From assembly GCF_006345805.1 (NCBI RefSeq), contig NC_043008.1, forward strand, positions 57,784,001 through 57,848,000: a stretch of DNA of 64,000 bases. Reading direction: 5' to 3'. This stretch comes from Octopus sinensis. Its lineage: Eukaryota. Each line of letters begins with the position of its first letter. Position 1 is the first letter of the stretch. The position numbers and the translations under genes were made by a program. This document shows positions 11,741-24,525 of the stretch, piece by piece. The notes under the pieces are model-generated. The model saw nothing but the letters and a program-made list of their open reading frames with translations, was not told where the DNA came from and searched no databases.

Positions 11741-12255
11741 ATCTATATATATAAAACTGTAGTTGTGTGAGTGTCTGTCCCCTTCGATTTAGATTCCTAA
11801 CTACTCCCACATTTTGCGGTGCAGTTTAACCAAATTCAGGTATCTTATAGTCGTGATTCATATCGAGCCCGTCTGAGTATTAGCGTGCGTCTACAATGAG
11901 TCTACGATTTTAAAAATAATTTAACATCATTTTTTATTCCATTTTAATGCATAATTTTTCGTGTGTCGATGGCAGCGGAGTTGGCGTCCATGGTCACACC
12001 TGCACCTGTTTGCTTCTCCCCCTTCTTCCCTCCCTCGTGAAGCTGTGGGGGAGGGAGTGTAAGGAAATCAACGTCGTAAAGCGTTGTCAAGGAGACCAGC
12101 GTTCTTTTAGAACAACGACTTCATGGATTGAAGACACCAAAACAGAAATGGCTAAGAAAGCCCGAATTGGCATCTATAAGGGAAGTAACTCTCTAAAAAT
12201 GCTTATATAGTTATTTCCCTTACAAACCCGAGCAACGCCGGGCGATACTGCTAGT
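11741..12255 (-). mobile_element. HINE-like element, long variant, inverted
   Basis: Reverse complement of 10518-11015; both give the same spurious ORF MHNFSCVDG... Confidence 0.75.
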
Positions 12256-12840
12256 ATATATATAAAAGGAGGGATAGATAGTTAGATATAGATATAGATA
12301 CATATTTATCTATGTAATAATTCTATATTCGGGCATGCACCTTGTAGTATGCTGTTTAAAGCTTCCATTTTCTTTCTCTCATATTTATGTATGTTTATAT
12401 ACCTATGTGCTTATGTATGTACATATCTATGCATGTATATCTATCTATCCATTTATCTGTCTGGCTGTCAATCTATCTTTCTGTCCATCTGTCTTTCTCT
12501 CCCTGCTCTCCTTTGTGTACATATATATGTATGTATATGAGTGTATATATGTGTGTGTGTATTTATATATATATATAATAGAAAAATAATAAATGCACCC
12601 TTTTAAAGCCTAACCAGGCTCATGGGCCCAGTTTCCCAGTTTCAATGGTGTATGTGTTCCCCAGCTGCACGGGACACCAGTCCATTGCAGCGTTACTCAC
12701 TTTTGCCAGCTGAGTGGACTGGAGCAACGTGAAATGAAGTGTTTTGCTCAAGAACACAACGCGTTGCACGGTCTAGGAATCGAAACCACAACCTTACGAT
12801 CATGATGCTGACACCCTAAACACTAAGCCACATGTGTGTG

Positions 12841-12915
<75 letters not shown>

Positions 12916-13063
12916 TATATACACACACATATATATATATACATACATACATATATATATAAGTATGTATGTGTATACTCACACCACACACACATATACA
13001 TTCAACTGATAATGAATGATAACTAATTAGCTCTTCTAAGTGCCTACATTAGGCCTCTCTCTT

Positions 13064-13096
<33 letters not shown>

Positions 13097-13344
13097 GCTC
13101 CTTCCCTACCCCTAATTACCCTGCAGCCATTTGACAGTTTTGTTGTTGCGGAAAGAAACTTGGCAGCCTGGCAGCAGTTAAGGGCTCTGCATGCAGATGT
13201 TATTTAAACCTTAATCTCGCCAAGCCAATCCGTATCTGCCCCCCACCACCTACCCACTTCAAGCTTTTCAGAATTGATAAAATAAATTAACTTAGACAAG
13301 GACTTTCTATTTCTTTCTTTCGTTCTCTATTCATCATTTCCCCA

Positions 13345-13478
13345 TCCACCGCCACCACCACCACCACCACCACCACCACCACCACCGCCGCCGCCGCCGC
13401 CGCCGCCACCACCACCACCACCACCACCACCACCACCACCACTACCACCACCACCACTACCACAATCACCACCACCAC

Positions 13479-13521
<43 letters not shown>

Positions 13522-13662
13522 ACCACCACAGCCATCACCACCACCACCACCACAGCCACCACCACCACCACAATCACCACCACCACCACAATCACCACCA
13601 CCGCCGCCGCCGCCGCCACCACCACCACCACCACCACCACCACCACCATACCACCACCACCA
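13345..13662. repeat. (CCA)n/(CCG)n compound microsatellite
   Basis: Directly visible. Confidence 0.95.
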
Positions 13663-13936
13663 AATTTCTCTCTCTTGGTTTTTCCATGTCTCTCAGCTCC
13701 GTCCGCTGTCTTTCTCATCATCTCCCACACTCTTTTAACTCCGCATTCTCTTTATTTGATATATCTTATAACCGCAGGAATGACTGTGTGGTAGGCAAGT
13801 TAGCATCCCAAACTTTGTCGACACAGTTTTCTCTTCAAACTAATTGTGTGGCACTTTGAGCAAGTGTTTTCTACTATAGCCAGGGGACATTGAAAATTCT
13901 TTGGCAGACCAACATACATATATACATATATATATA

Positions 13937-14700
13937 TCATCATCATCATCATCGTTTAACGTCCGCTTTCCATGCTAGGATGGGTTGGACGATTTGACTG
14001 AGGTCTGGTAAACCAGATGTCTGCACCAGGCTCCAATCTGATCTGGCAGAGTTTCTACAGTTGGATGCCCTTCCTAACGCCAACCACTTCAAGAGTGTAG
14101 TGGGTACTTTTTACATGCCACCGGCACAAGGGCCAGTCAGGTGGTACTGGCAACGGCCACACTCAAATGGTGCTTTTTATGTGCCACCTGCACAGGAGCC
14201 GGTCCAGCAGCACTGGCAACGACCTCGCTTGAATGCTTTTTCACGTGTCACCAGCACAAGTGCCAGTAAGGTGACGCAGGTAATGATCATTCTCGAATGG
14301 TGTCTTTTACGTGCCATCGGGACGGAGGCCAGCTTGTTGCTCTGGCAATGATCTCACTCATATGGTACTCTTAGTGCTCCACTAGCACAAATGCCAGTCA
14401 TCGAATTTGATTTCGATTTCACTTACCTCAACAGGTCTTCGCAAGCAGAGTTTAGTGTCCAATGAAGGAAAAGTACACATAAGTGGGCTGGTTACACCCC
14501 TGGCATAGGCTACAAGGTTATGGTCTCACTTGCACTTGCCGAGTCTTCTCAAGCACAGCATATTTCCAAAGGTCCCGGTCACTAGTCATTGCCTCAGTGA
14601 GGCCCAATGTTCGAAGGTCATGCTTCACCACCTCATCTCAGATCTTCCTGGGTCTACCTCTTCCACAAGTTCCCTCAACTGCTAGGGTGTGGCACTTTTT
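13937..14700 (-). mobile_element. RTE-LINE 3' fragment including the end of the RT ORF
   Basis: Minus strand of 14530-14700 encodes GTCGRGRPRKI...VVKHDLRTLGLTEAMTSDRDLWKYAVLEKTRQ, followed by the 3' UTR and (GAT)n tail. Confidence 0.8.
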
Positions 14701-14712
14701 CACACACACGCA

Positions 14713-14774
<62 letters not shown>

Positions 14775-15649
14775 ATTAATGAAATAGATGGAATGAGTAA
14801 TAGATTTTATTGGGTATGACACGTTTCAACCTGTTCTGGGTCTCTTTGGGTACATCAATAAAAAGTCTCACTAGAGATTTCCTGAGTCAGCTTACATACT
14901 GCTATATCATCATCATCATCATCATCATCATCATCGTTTAACGTCCGTTCTCCATGCTAGCATGGGTTGGACGGTTCGACCAGGATCTGGGAAGCCAAAG
15001 GCTGCACCAGGCCCGGTCTTACTGGCAATGTTTCTACAGCTGGATGCCCTTCCTAACGCCAACACTCTTGAGTGTAGTGGGTGCTTTTTACGTGCCACCT
15101 GCACTGGTGCCAGGCAAGGCTGGCTCGGCCACGTCTGATTGGATTTTACGTGCCACCGAGAATGAGTAAAAACAGAAAAAATTTATTGAAACGCAAAAAA
15201 ATTCAGATACGAACGGGTCGAAACATGTCGTACCCAATAAAATCTATTACTCGTTCCTCTATTTTATTAGTACTGTTACCCCAACCGCCATTACGAAGTT
15301 CCTACAGTTAACAACTATTTAAGCAACCAGTAAAATACATTTTTCAGTTTGAAAACAGTTACTTGAAGCTCCAAACTCATATCAGAGTAACTTGCTGTAA
15401 ACATAACTATTAAAATAAAGTAAAAGTTATCCCCCACCAAAAAGCTTTTGCCGAACTGCTAGTTATGAGGACGTAAACACACCAACACTGGTTGTCAAGC
15501 GATTCTGAAAATAGAGGTACTGCTCATTTTTGCCAGCTGTGTGGACTGGAGCAACATGATATAAAGTGTCTGGCTCAAGGATACAATGAGGTGCTGGGAA
15601 TTGAACTCTTGATCTTACGATCATGAGCCGAATGCCCCTAACCACTAAG

Positions 15650-16287
15650 CCACTCACATACACACACATACATACCTACATATATTTATACATGCATACA
15701 CATATATATATATGCATACATACATACATACTCACACATACATACATACACACATACATACATTACATATATACATACATACATAATGCATATGCATACA
15801 TACAGACATACAACATACTACACATACATACATACATACATACACACACATACATACATACATACATACATAATACATACACACACATACATACATTCAT
15901 TCATACATACATACATACATACATACATACATACATGCATACATACATACTACCTACTACCACCACACATACATACATACATACTACATACATACACCCA
16001 CACATACATACATACATACATACATACACAATACATACATACATACATACACCACACACATCATACATACATACATACCACACATCATACATACATACAT
16101 ACATACATACATGCATACATACCATACAACATACACACACACATGCATACATCATACATACATACATACACACACACATACATACCATACATACATACAT
16201 ACATACATACATACACACATACATCATACATACATACACACACAACATACATACATACATACACACCACATGCCCTACATACATACA

Positions 16288-16323
<36 letters not shown>

Positions 16324-16433
16324 CATACATACATACATACATACATACATGCATACATTCATGCATACATACATACATACATACATACATACATACATAC
16401 ATGCATACATTCATGCATACATACATACATACA

Positions 16434-16505
<72 letters not shown>

Positions 16506-16532
16506 CATACATACACACACATATATATATAT
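15650..16532. repeat. ~880-bp (CATA)n microsatellite
   Basis: Directly visible; source of the HTYI/MYVC ORFs. Confidence 0.97.
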
Positions 16533-16841
16533 CATGTGGTAAGGATTCAACAAGTAGAGAAGCACTTGATCAGCTAAGAGTCTAAAGATAATATAGTAGA
16601 AACCATAAATCTTGTTAAATATAGCTACCCACAGTTTTCCTGGCTGGAATAATAATTTATTTTGCTATTTTTCAACCTGAGAACAAGTCAGTTTGTCAGT
16701 TGTCTTTTGAGCAGATGATGTCTAAAAAAGAGATGCTGGTAAGGGAAGTAGGCATGAAGAAAATCACAAGGGTCTCTCCATCAAAAGCAGCCTGTGGCAC
16801 TTTGCTCTTATGCCTATTATGTGTAGGCATATAACTGGTAG

Positions 16842-17114
16842 GTGAAGGTACGTGGCTTAGTGGTTAGGGTGCCAGCATCATGATCATAAGATTGTGGTTT
16901 CGATTCTTGGACCGGGCGACGCGTTGTGTTCTTGAGCAAAACACTTCATTTCATGTTGCTCCAGTCCACTCAGATGGCACCACCACTGGCAAAAATGAGT
17001 AACGCTGCGATGGACAGGCATCCTGTCCAGCTGGGGAACACATGCGCCATAGAAACTGGGAAACCGGGCCCATGAGCCTGGCTAGGCTTTAAAAAAGGGT
17101 GCATTTATTTTTTT
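16842..17114 (+). mobile_element. tRNA-derived SINE family C with 13-bp TSD
   Basis: Head GTGGCTTAGTGGTTAGGG...GTTTCGATTC; ATATAACTGGTAG duplicated at 16829-16841 and 17115-17127; inverted sibling at 12588-12833. Confidence 0.8.
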
Positions 17115-17864
17115 ATATAACTGGTAGACTTTTGCTTTTTGTGTTTTGTATGATTTGGGTTAAAAGTAGGGATCAATTTCTTAAGTTGGGGCTGATATAT
17201 TTTTCAAATAAAGCAAAATAAATGTTAGTTTCCTAACTTTTATAAAATTATTTATTGAATTACAATATAGGGTTATTAGGTTATGAAAAGGTCATAATCC
17301 TAGTGTATAGGTACCAGGCACGTGCCATCAGTAATTGATTGCTCTGGGTAAGCAGTTGGCAACCTTTATGTAGTAAAACACATAAAAAATAAGCGAAACA
17401 CAGGTGCACAACTGAGTTGAAGGCAGATCTTTTTCTGCCTTTATAGAATGTAAAGAGAACGGTGTTGTAGAAATGTACACAGCACATGTGCTACAGCAGC
17501 AATATGTGTAGCTTAAATACTGAAATTGAAAAGCAGGGGTGAATTATGCCTACCTAGTCTACAAAAAAAAAAAACCATTTTGCATTTTATGCATAGTAAT
17601 CAGACTAACCTTCATAATTTTATGGAATTAGGTCATATTTTGCCATGAGAGGAAAATGTTGCTATTGATCTATTATATTTAAGGTAGGCACTGCCTACAT
17701 TGCCTACCTAGGCAACATGTCCCTGGTATATATGCATATATGTTCCGGGTTCAATCCCACTGCGTGGCACTTGTGCATGTGTCTTCTACTATAGCCTCGG
17801 CCCGACCAAAGCCTTGTGAGTGGATTTGGTAGACGGAAACTGAAAGAAGCCCATCGTATATATG

Positions 17865-17896
<32 letters not shown>

Positions 17897-18164
17897 ATAT
17901 ATATATATGTATATGTGTGGTATGTGGTATATGTTTGTGTGTCTGTGTTTGTCCTCCCCACATCACACTTGACAACCAGTGCTGGTGTGTTTGCATCCTA
18001 GTAACTTAGCGGTTCGGCAAAAGAGACCCAATAGAATAAGTACTCGGCTTACAAAGAATAAGTCCTGGGGTTGATTTGCAGTGCTCCAGCATGGCCACTG
18101 TCAAATGACTGAAACAAGTAATAGAGTAAAAGAGTATATGTATGTTTGTGTGTATGTGGGTGTA

Positions 18165-18203
<39 letters not shown>

Positions 18204-18228
18204 GTGTGTATATATATATATATATACA

Positions 18229-18489
18229 CATTATAATTTGTGCGTCTCGAAACAAACCGATAGAAATCTCTAAAAAATTTGTTATTACCGTATTGGTCCA
18301 ATTTCGGGGTTAATTCATAAGAAATTTTCCCCTCTTCAGCGGCAAATACGCAAGATATAAATGAAATACTTACTCATACCCATGGGTATGAGTTAACTTA
18401 TGAATTAACTCCGAAATTGGACCAATATGGTAATAACAAATTTTTTAGAGATTTCTATCGGTTTGTTTCGAGACGCACAAATTATAATG
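18229..18489. repeat. Long inverted repeat (93-bp arms) with internal 22-bp palindrome
   Basis: Arms 18229-18321 and 18397-18489 with 2 mismatches; ACTCATACCCATGGGTATGAGT at 18372-18393. Confidence 0.92.
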
Positions 18490-20819
18490 GTTATCGACAA
18501 AAAAATTTTTTGTTTCGGCATATTTGGCGTTAGAATTTTTCTTCTGGCCTTATCTTGTAAATTATGTATAAATTTTACCTTTAAAGGCATTTTTTGATAT
18601 GCTGGCCATTGATAAAATCCCCCCCACCCGAAATTTTTTTAATCCTATATTAATTATGTGGTGTCCTGTACTCATATATGCTTGTATATGTACATGTAGA
18701 GGTAGGTACGTACATATATGTTTATATATATGCATATGTTTTATTTCATTTATTAATATATATATATATATATATATACACCATACCACCTGTGAGAATT
18801 GAATAGGTGACCTCAAATCTATAGGCACCAACAGGTCTTCTTTTGATCAGGACACAACAAAATTGACCACTCCTAAATATACCATTTCTTTATTCTTGAT
18901 GGACTTAACTCCCCTCCTCCACTGCTCACTATTACTATTAGTGATATCTTTATTTTTATTTTTATTCATATATTTATTTTTATTTTCTCTATTTCATTTA
19001 CTTTTTTCCTCTTCTTTTTCTTCTACTTCTTAGCCTTCTGCCTTCCTTCTTGTTCATTGTTGTTGTTGTTCTTCTTCTTCTTCTTCACACCTTCTTTTGT
19101 ATTTAATATATATTTCTTTTTTTTTCTTTTTTACTTGTTTTACTTGTTTTACTTGTTTCAGTCATTTGACTGTGGCCATATTTTTTAAATATATTTTTTC
19201 CCCTTTTTTGTATATATTTTTTTGCATATATCCTTGCAAGAAAAAAAAACTTTTGCTATTTAAACAATCAGTAAAACCCATTTTTCAGTTTGAAAACAGT
19301 TACTTGAAGCTTGAAACTCATATCAGAGTAACTTGCTGTAGACATAACTATTGAAATTAAGGTAAAAATTATCCCCACCAAAAAGCTATCTCTACTCATT
19401 CTTTCAAAGTTATATACTCTTTTACTCTTTTACTTGTTTCAGTCATTTGACTGCAGCCATGCTGGAGCACCGCCTTTAGTCGAGCAAATCGACCCCGGGA
19501 CTTATTCTTTGTAAGCCCAGTACTTATTCTATCGGTCTCTTTTGTTGAACCGCTAGGTGACGGGGATGTAAACACACCAGCATCGGTTGTCAAGCAATGC
19601 TAGGGGGACAAACACAGACACACAAACACAGACACACACATACATATATATATATACGTATATACGACAGGCTTCTTTCAGTTTCCGTCTACCAAATCCA
19701 CTCACAAGGCTTTGGTCGGCCCGGGGCTATAGCAGAGAACACTTGCCCAGATGCCATGCAGTGGGACTGAACCTGGAACCATGTGGTTGGTTAGCAAGCT
19801 ACTTACCACACAGCCACTCCTGCGCTATATATATAATATATAATATACATCACACACATACATATGATGTAAATATATATAAATATATATAATATATATA
19901 TAGTATATATATATATATAATATATACATACACACATATATATATTGGTATATATATATATATATGTGGAACACTTAGCCAGTGCAGGCAAGTGGTGGTG
20001 TTGTCAGTTTTTCCTGTCAACAAATCGTCCAGTCACTTCTCCCGTTCCTTCACACGAAGCTGATGTACATCCATATGTATGTTTGTATATATATGTAAGT
20101 ATGAATGTATGAATGTATGCATGCATGCATGAATGTGTGTGTGTGTGTGTGTGTGTGCATGCACGTGTGCGCTTCTCTCCAGATATCTACACTTTAACAC
20201 CACTTGAGAACAGCAGTGATGTGTGTTTATTTTCGTCATAAACAATTAGACCCACTGACTGGTGGTTTCAACATGCAAAAGCATGTAGACTAAAGAGTAC
20301 CTTACTTTCAAAAAAATATGTAATGGCTGGGATATTATTAGGAATACTCTTTTACTTGTTTCAGTCATTTGACTGTGGCCACGCTGGGGCACCACCTTTA
20401 GTTGAACAAATCGACCCCGGGACTTATTCTTTGTAAGCCTAGTACTTATCTATTGCTCATTTTTGCTCAACCGCTAATGACGGCAACGTAAACACACCAG
20501 CATCGGTTGTCAAGCAATGCTAGGGGGACAAACACAGACACACACACACCACACACACACACACACCACACATATATATATATATATATATATATCATAT
20601 ATACGACAGGCTTCTTTCATTTTTCGTCTACAAATCCACTCAAGAAAATCCCTCACAAGGCTTTGGTCGGCCCGAGGCTATAGTAGAAAACACTTGCCCA
20701 AGATGCCACGCAGTAGGACTGAACCCAGAACCATGTGGTTGGTAAGCAAGCTACTTACTACACAGCCACTCCTGCGCCTATGTTATCTGACTGAAGAATA
20801 CTGCCTCAAGAAATTTCAT

Positions 20820-21835
20820 CATGCAGTGTTATCAATGGAAGGTTAACGGAGAATATAGTCTTTGTGTGTGGCAAATGTGTAGGTAGAATAAGCACTATAA
20901 CTACACAGACAGCAGGTTCCCTCAAATGCTTTGGTGGATCATTAGAAGTAATTGATAGCTCCTGTTATCTAAAGGAGCAAGTTAACAGTGGGGGAGGGAG
21001 TTCTGAAAATGTAGTTGCTAGGATAAGAACTAATTGGACAGAGTCCAGGGAGCTTCTGCCTTTTTGTTGGTAACTAAGGGTCTCTCCTTCAGAATGAAAG
21101 GCAGATTGTATGATGCCTTTGTATGTACAGCTATCTTACATAACAGTGAAACATGGGCTTTGAGTATAGAGGAGTTGTGAAAGCTTGACAGAAATGAAGC
21201 TAGCATGCTCTGCTGGATGGGTAATGTCAGTGTGCATGCATGACAGAGTGTAAATGATTTAAGAAGAAAACTGGGCATAAGAGGCATCAGATGTTGTGTG
21301 CAAGAGAGAAGACTGTGCTGGTTTGGTCATGTGATGTGTATGAATAAGGACAATTGCATAAAGAGGTGCTGAACTCTAATTGTGGAGGGTACTTGTGGAA
21401 GGGGTGGACCCAGGAAGATGTGGGATGAAGTGGTGTGAAGGGATCTTCAGACACTGGACCTCACTGTGGAAATGACAAGGGAGTGAAGGATGTGGTGATT
21501 TGTTGTCCTTGATAAGACATATCAAGCTAAGTAAAATTGTTGTCTTCCATACATACAGGCTTGTCCTTTCAGGCGCTGGTGCCACTTGAGAAGCACCTGT
21601 GCCAATGCTGCATAAACAGACTCATGCTAGTGGCATGTAAAAGGCACCCAACACACCCTGTTAAGTGGTTGGCATTAGGAAGGACATCTGGCCATAGAAA
21701 CCATGCCACAACAAACGACTGGAGTCTGGACAGCTCCTTGCTAGCCGGCTCCATGTCAAACCATCCAACCCATGCCAGCATTGAGAGTAGACATTAAATG
21801 ATGATGATGATGATGATGATGATGATATGATGATG
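20820..21835 (+). mobile_element. Decayed RTE-clade LINE 3' portion (post-RT domain, 3' UTR, (GAT)n tail)
   Basis: Frames read ARIRTNW..., KGRLYDAFV..., SETWAL, RNEASML, QERRLCWFGHV and GTCGRGGPRKMWDEVV, with stops and frameshifts. Similar piece at 31850-32340(+). Confidence 0.85.
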
Positions 21836-21903
21836 AGGTTTGCCTGTTGGAAAAAAGAAGAAAGAAAAACTGACATAAAAAACTAAAACAATATTATATA
21901 TAT

Positions 21904-21940
<37 letters not shown>

Positions 21941-22077
21941 CTGTGTATGGTGTATAAATACTTAATAAATACATATACATACATATATGCATACATGTGT
22001 GTGTGTGTGAGAGAGAGAGAGAGGGTGTGTGGTGTGTGTGAGAGAGAGAGAGAGTGTGTGTGTGTGTGTGAGAGAGA

Positions 22078-22108
<31 letters not shown>

Positions 22109-22139
22109 TATGTGTGTGTGTGTGTGTGTGTGTGTATTC

Positions 22140-22400
22140 AGGATGAAACATGTCAATGATGTCAATGATCTCATTGCAGAATACCGAAAGCACAAGTACC
22201 ACTGGGCTGGATATGTTACAAGGTTCACAGACAATAGGTGGACTTGTGCAGTTGCTGAGTGGTATCAAGAGATTGGAAAAAGAAACTTGGAAGTTCTCTA
22301 CAATGATGGCAAGACAATTTATTTAAGCAATTTGGGACAGGATGGAAAAAATGGTGCAGAGAAGCAAGAACTCATGGAAAAATTGGAAGCACATTTTGAC
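22140..22400 (+). mobile_element. RTE-1-like LINE C-terminal fragment
   Basis: KYHWAGYVTRFTDNRWTCAVAEWY matches the RTE WAGHV.R..DNRWT motif. Confidence 0.7.
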
Positions 22401-22566
22401 CAGCAAAGTATAACACTATCTGATAGTTGGCTGTTGCAGTGATACACTGAATATATATATATATATATATATACATGCATCAGACACGTGCCACCAGTAA
22501 TTACTCTGGGTAGGCAGTTGATGACCTTTATATGTAAAAAACACATAAAATAAGCGAAATACAGGC

Positions 22567-22597
<31 letters not shown>

Positions 22598-23004
22598 ATC
22601 CATGGGCTTCTTTCAGTTTCCATCTACCAAATCCACTCACAAGACTTTGGTTGGCTCACGGCTATAGTAGAAGACACTTGCCCAAGGTGCCATGCAGTGG
22701 GACTGAACCTGGAGCCATGTGGTTGGTAAGCAAGCTACTTACCACACAGCCACTCCTGCACCTACGCAGCCACTCCTGCGCCTAGACAGCCACTCCTGCA
22801 CCTAACATACAGCCATGCCTGCACCTAACACACAGCCATGCCTTGCATCTAGATATATATATATATATATATATATCTATATATATATATATAATTCCAC
22901 AAGTGTACATTAATATATATCGCAAAAATTATATATAGCACAAGTGCTGAGTACAGTTCTCTAGTATGTAGCATCTAGGTAGAGGGAAGGCTCATTGAAA
23001 CAAA

Positions 23005-23045
23005 TGGATGATGATGATGATGATAGTCATCATCATCACCACCAC

Positions 23046-23116
<71 letters not shown>

Positions 23117-23730
23117 ACATCATCACCACCACCACCACCACCATCATCATCATCATCGTCATCATCATCATCATCATCACTGCCACCATTGCTTCTGTGG
23201 TTCCTATCCCTCCCATCAACATTGTTGCTGCCACTATTGCTGCAGCTGCCACCACAAGCATATTGTTGTCGTCGTCATTGCCGTCATCGTTGTCATCATC
23301 ATCATCATCACTTTCTCTGCTGCCGCCATCACCACTGCTATTACCACCACCACCACCACCACCACCACCACCACCACCACCACCACCACCACTACCACCA
23401 CCACCACCACTACCACCACACTAACAAACAAACACCCACCACCACCACCACCACCACCACCACCACACCACCACCACCACACCACTACCACCACCACCAC
23501 CGACACACCACCACCACACTACCACCACCACCACCACCACCCCACCACCACCCCACCACCACCACCACCACCACTACCACACCACCACACCACCACTACC
23601 ACCACCACCACTACCACCGCCAACCACCACCACCGACCACCACCACCACTACCACCACACCACCACCACCACCCACCACCGCCGCCACCACCACCGCCAC
23701 CACTATTATCAGCAACAACAACAACAATGG
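23005..23730. repeat. (CAT)n/(CAC)n compound microsatellite
   Basis: Directly visible. Confidence 0.95.
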
Positions 23731-24433
23731 CACTGGCAGCCAATGTGTGCAGTGAAATGCTTCAGTAACCTCCATCTTCATATTTTTTTTCCCTTTTCTC
23801 TCTTTGTTCTCAATTTAACCCAAACATCTGCAATATTCTTTTGTTTCAAAGTTGTGTTCATTCTAATTTTGGTTCATATCTTTCTGATTGTTCCAATCTT
23901 ATTCTTTTCTTGTAGCAAGACATTCCTCACCATTCTTTGGTACATATTCTTTGACCCTTTCTTTCCATCCGACGCTGTACATTAGAGATGATGAATGAAA
24001 ATTGCTTCATTTGACAAGAAATTTTATATTGATCACTTCATTTTTTTCTCTCAATTCTCAAGAAAGCCTCTAAAAGGTCATATGTAGTTGCATATAATTT
24101 TTTATATTCTGTAGATGTTGGTTAAGAACTGTTCAGATTGGTGAAGATCAATCACATCAGTCAGAAGGTGAGCCTGAAAACATCAAATTGTCACCCCCAC
24201 CTTCCAACTACTGCATCAAGAATTCATGTATGATGTCTTCCCATGTAGTATACAATATACTATCATGTAGTATATGCGTTCATGTAGTATAATAGTCTAT
24301 ACTAAATAAGCATAACATATTATCATGTAGTATAAGATGCTATCATGCTGTATGACATGCCATCATGCAGAATATGCTACAATGTAGTATGATATGCTAC
24401 TATGTAGTCTGATATGCCATCATGTACTATAAT

Positions 24434-24525
24434 GGCGATCTCTGAAGAGTGCAGTGTTACATAATCGGACTGTTACCTAACACTCTGTTGAACCCCTAAT
24501 GCGAAACTAATTGGTAAGATTGGCC
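24434..24525 (+). ncRNA. Type I hammerhead ribozyme motif with intact core
   Basis: GGCGATCT-CTGAAGA(24442-24448)-G...C-GAAA(24503-24506)-CTAATTG-GTA(24514-24516)-AGATTGGCC; stem I pairs; near-palindromic stem III. Confidence 0.65.

Noticed and set aside
10519-12210. Duplicated small gene MHNFSCVDG...
   Set aside because: Both ORFs lie inside inverted copies of a non-autonomous HINE-like element.
15623-16585. HTYI-repeat ORF of 320 aa
   Set aside because: (CATA)n microsatellite artefact.
16842-16915. tRNA gene
   Set aside because: A and B boxes are present but belong to SINE heads; no complete cloverleaf and no adjacent Pol III terminator.
22995-23768. Poly-His/Thr/Pro ORF of 257 aa
   Set aside because: Translation of (CAT)n/(CAC)n microsatellite, open in most frames, with no splice or homology support.
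24115-24167. Possible 53-nt + strand exon (TGTAG acceptor, AAG|GTGAGC donor)
   Set aside because: Good splice signals, but no partner exons or recognisable peptide; cannot be supported without RNA data.
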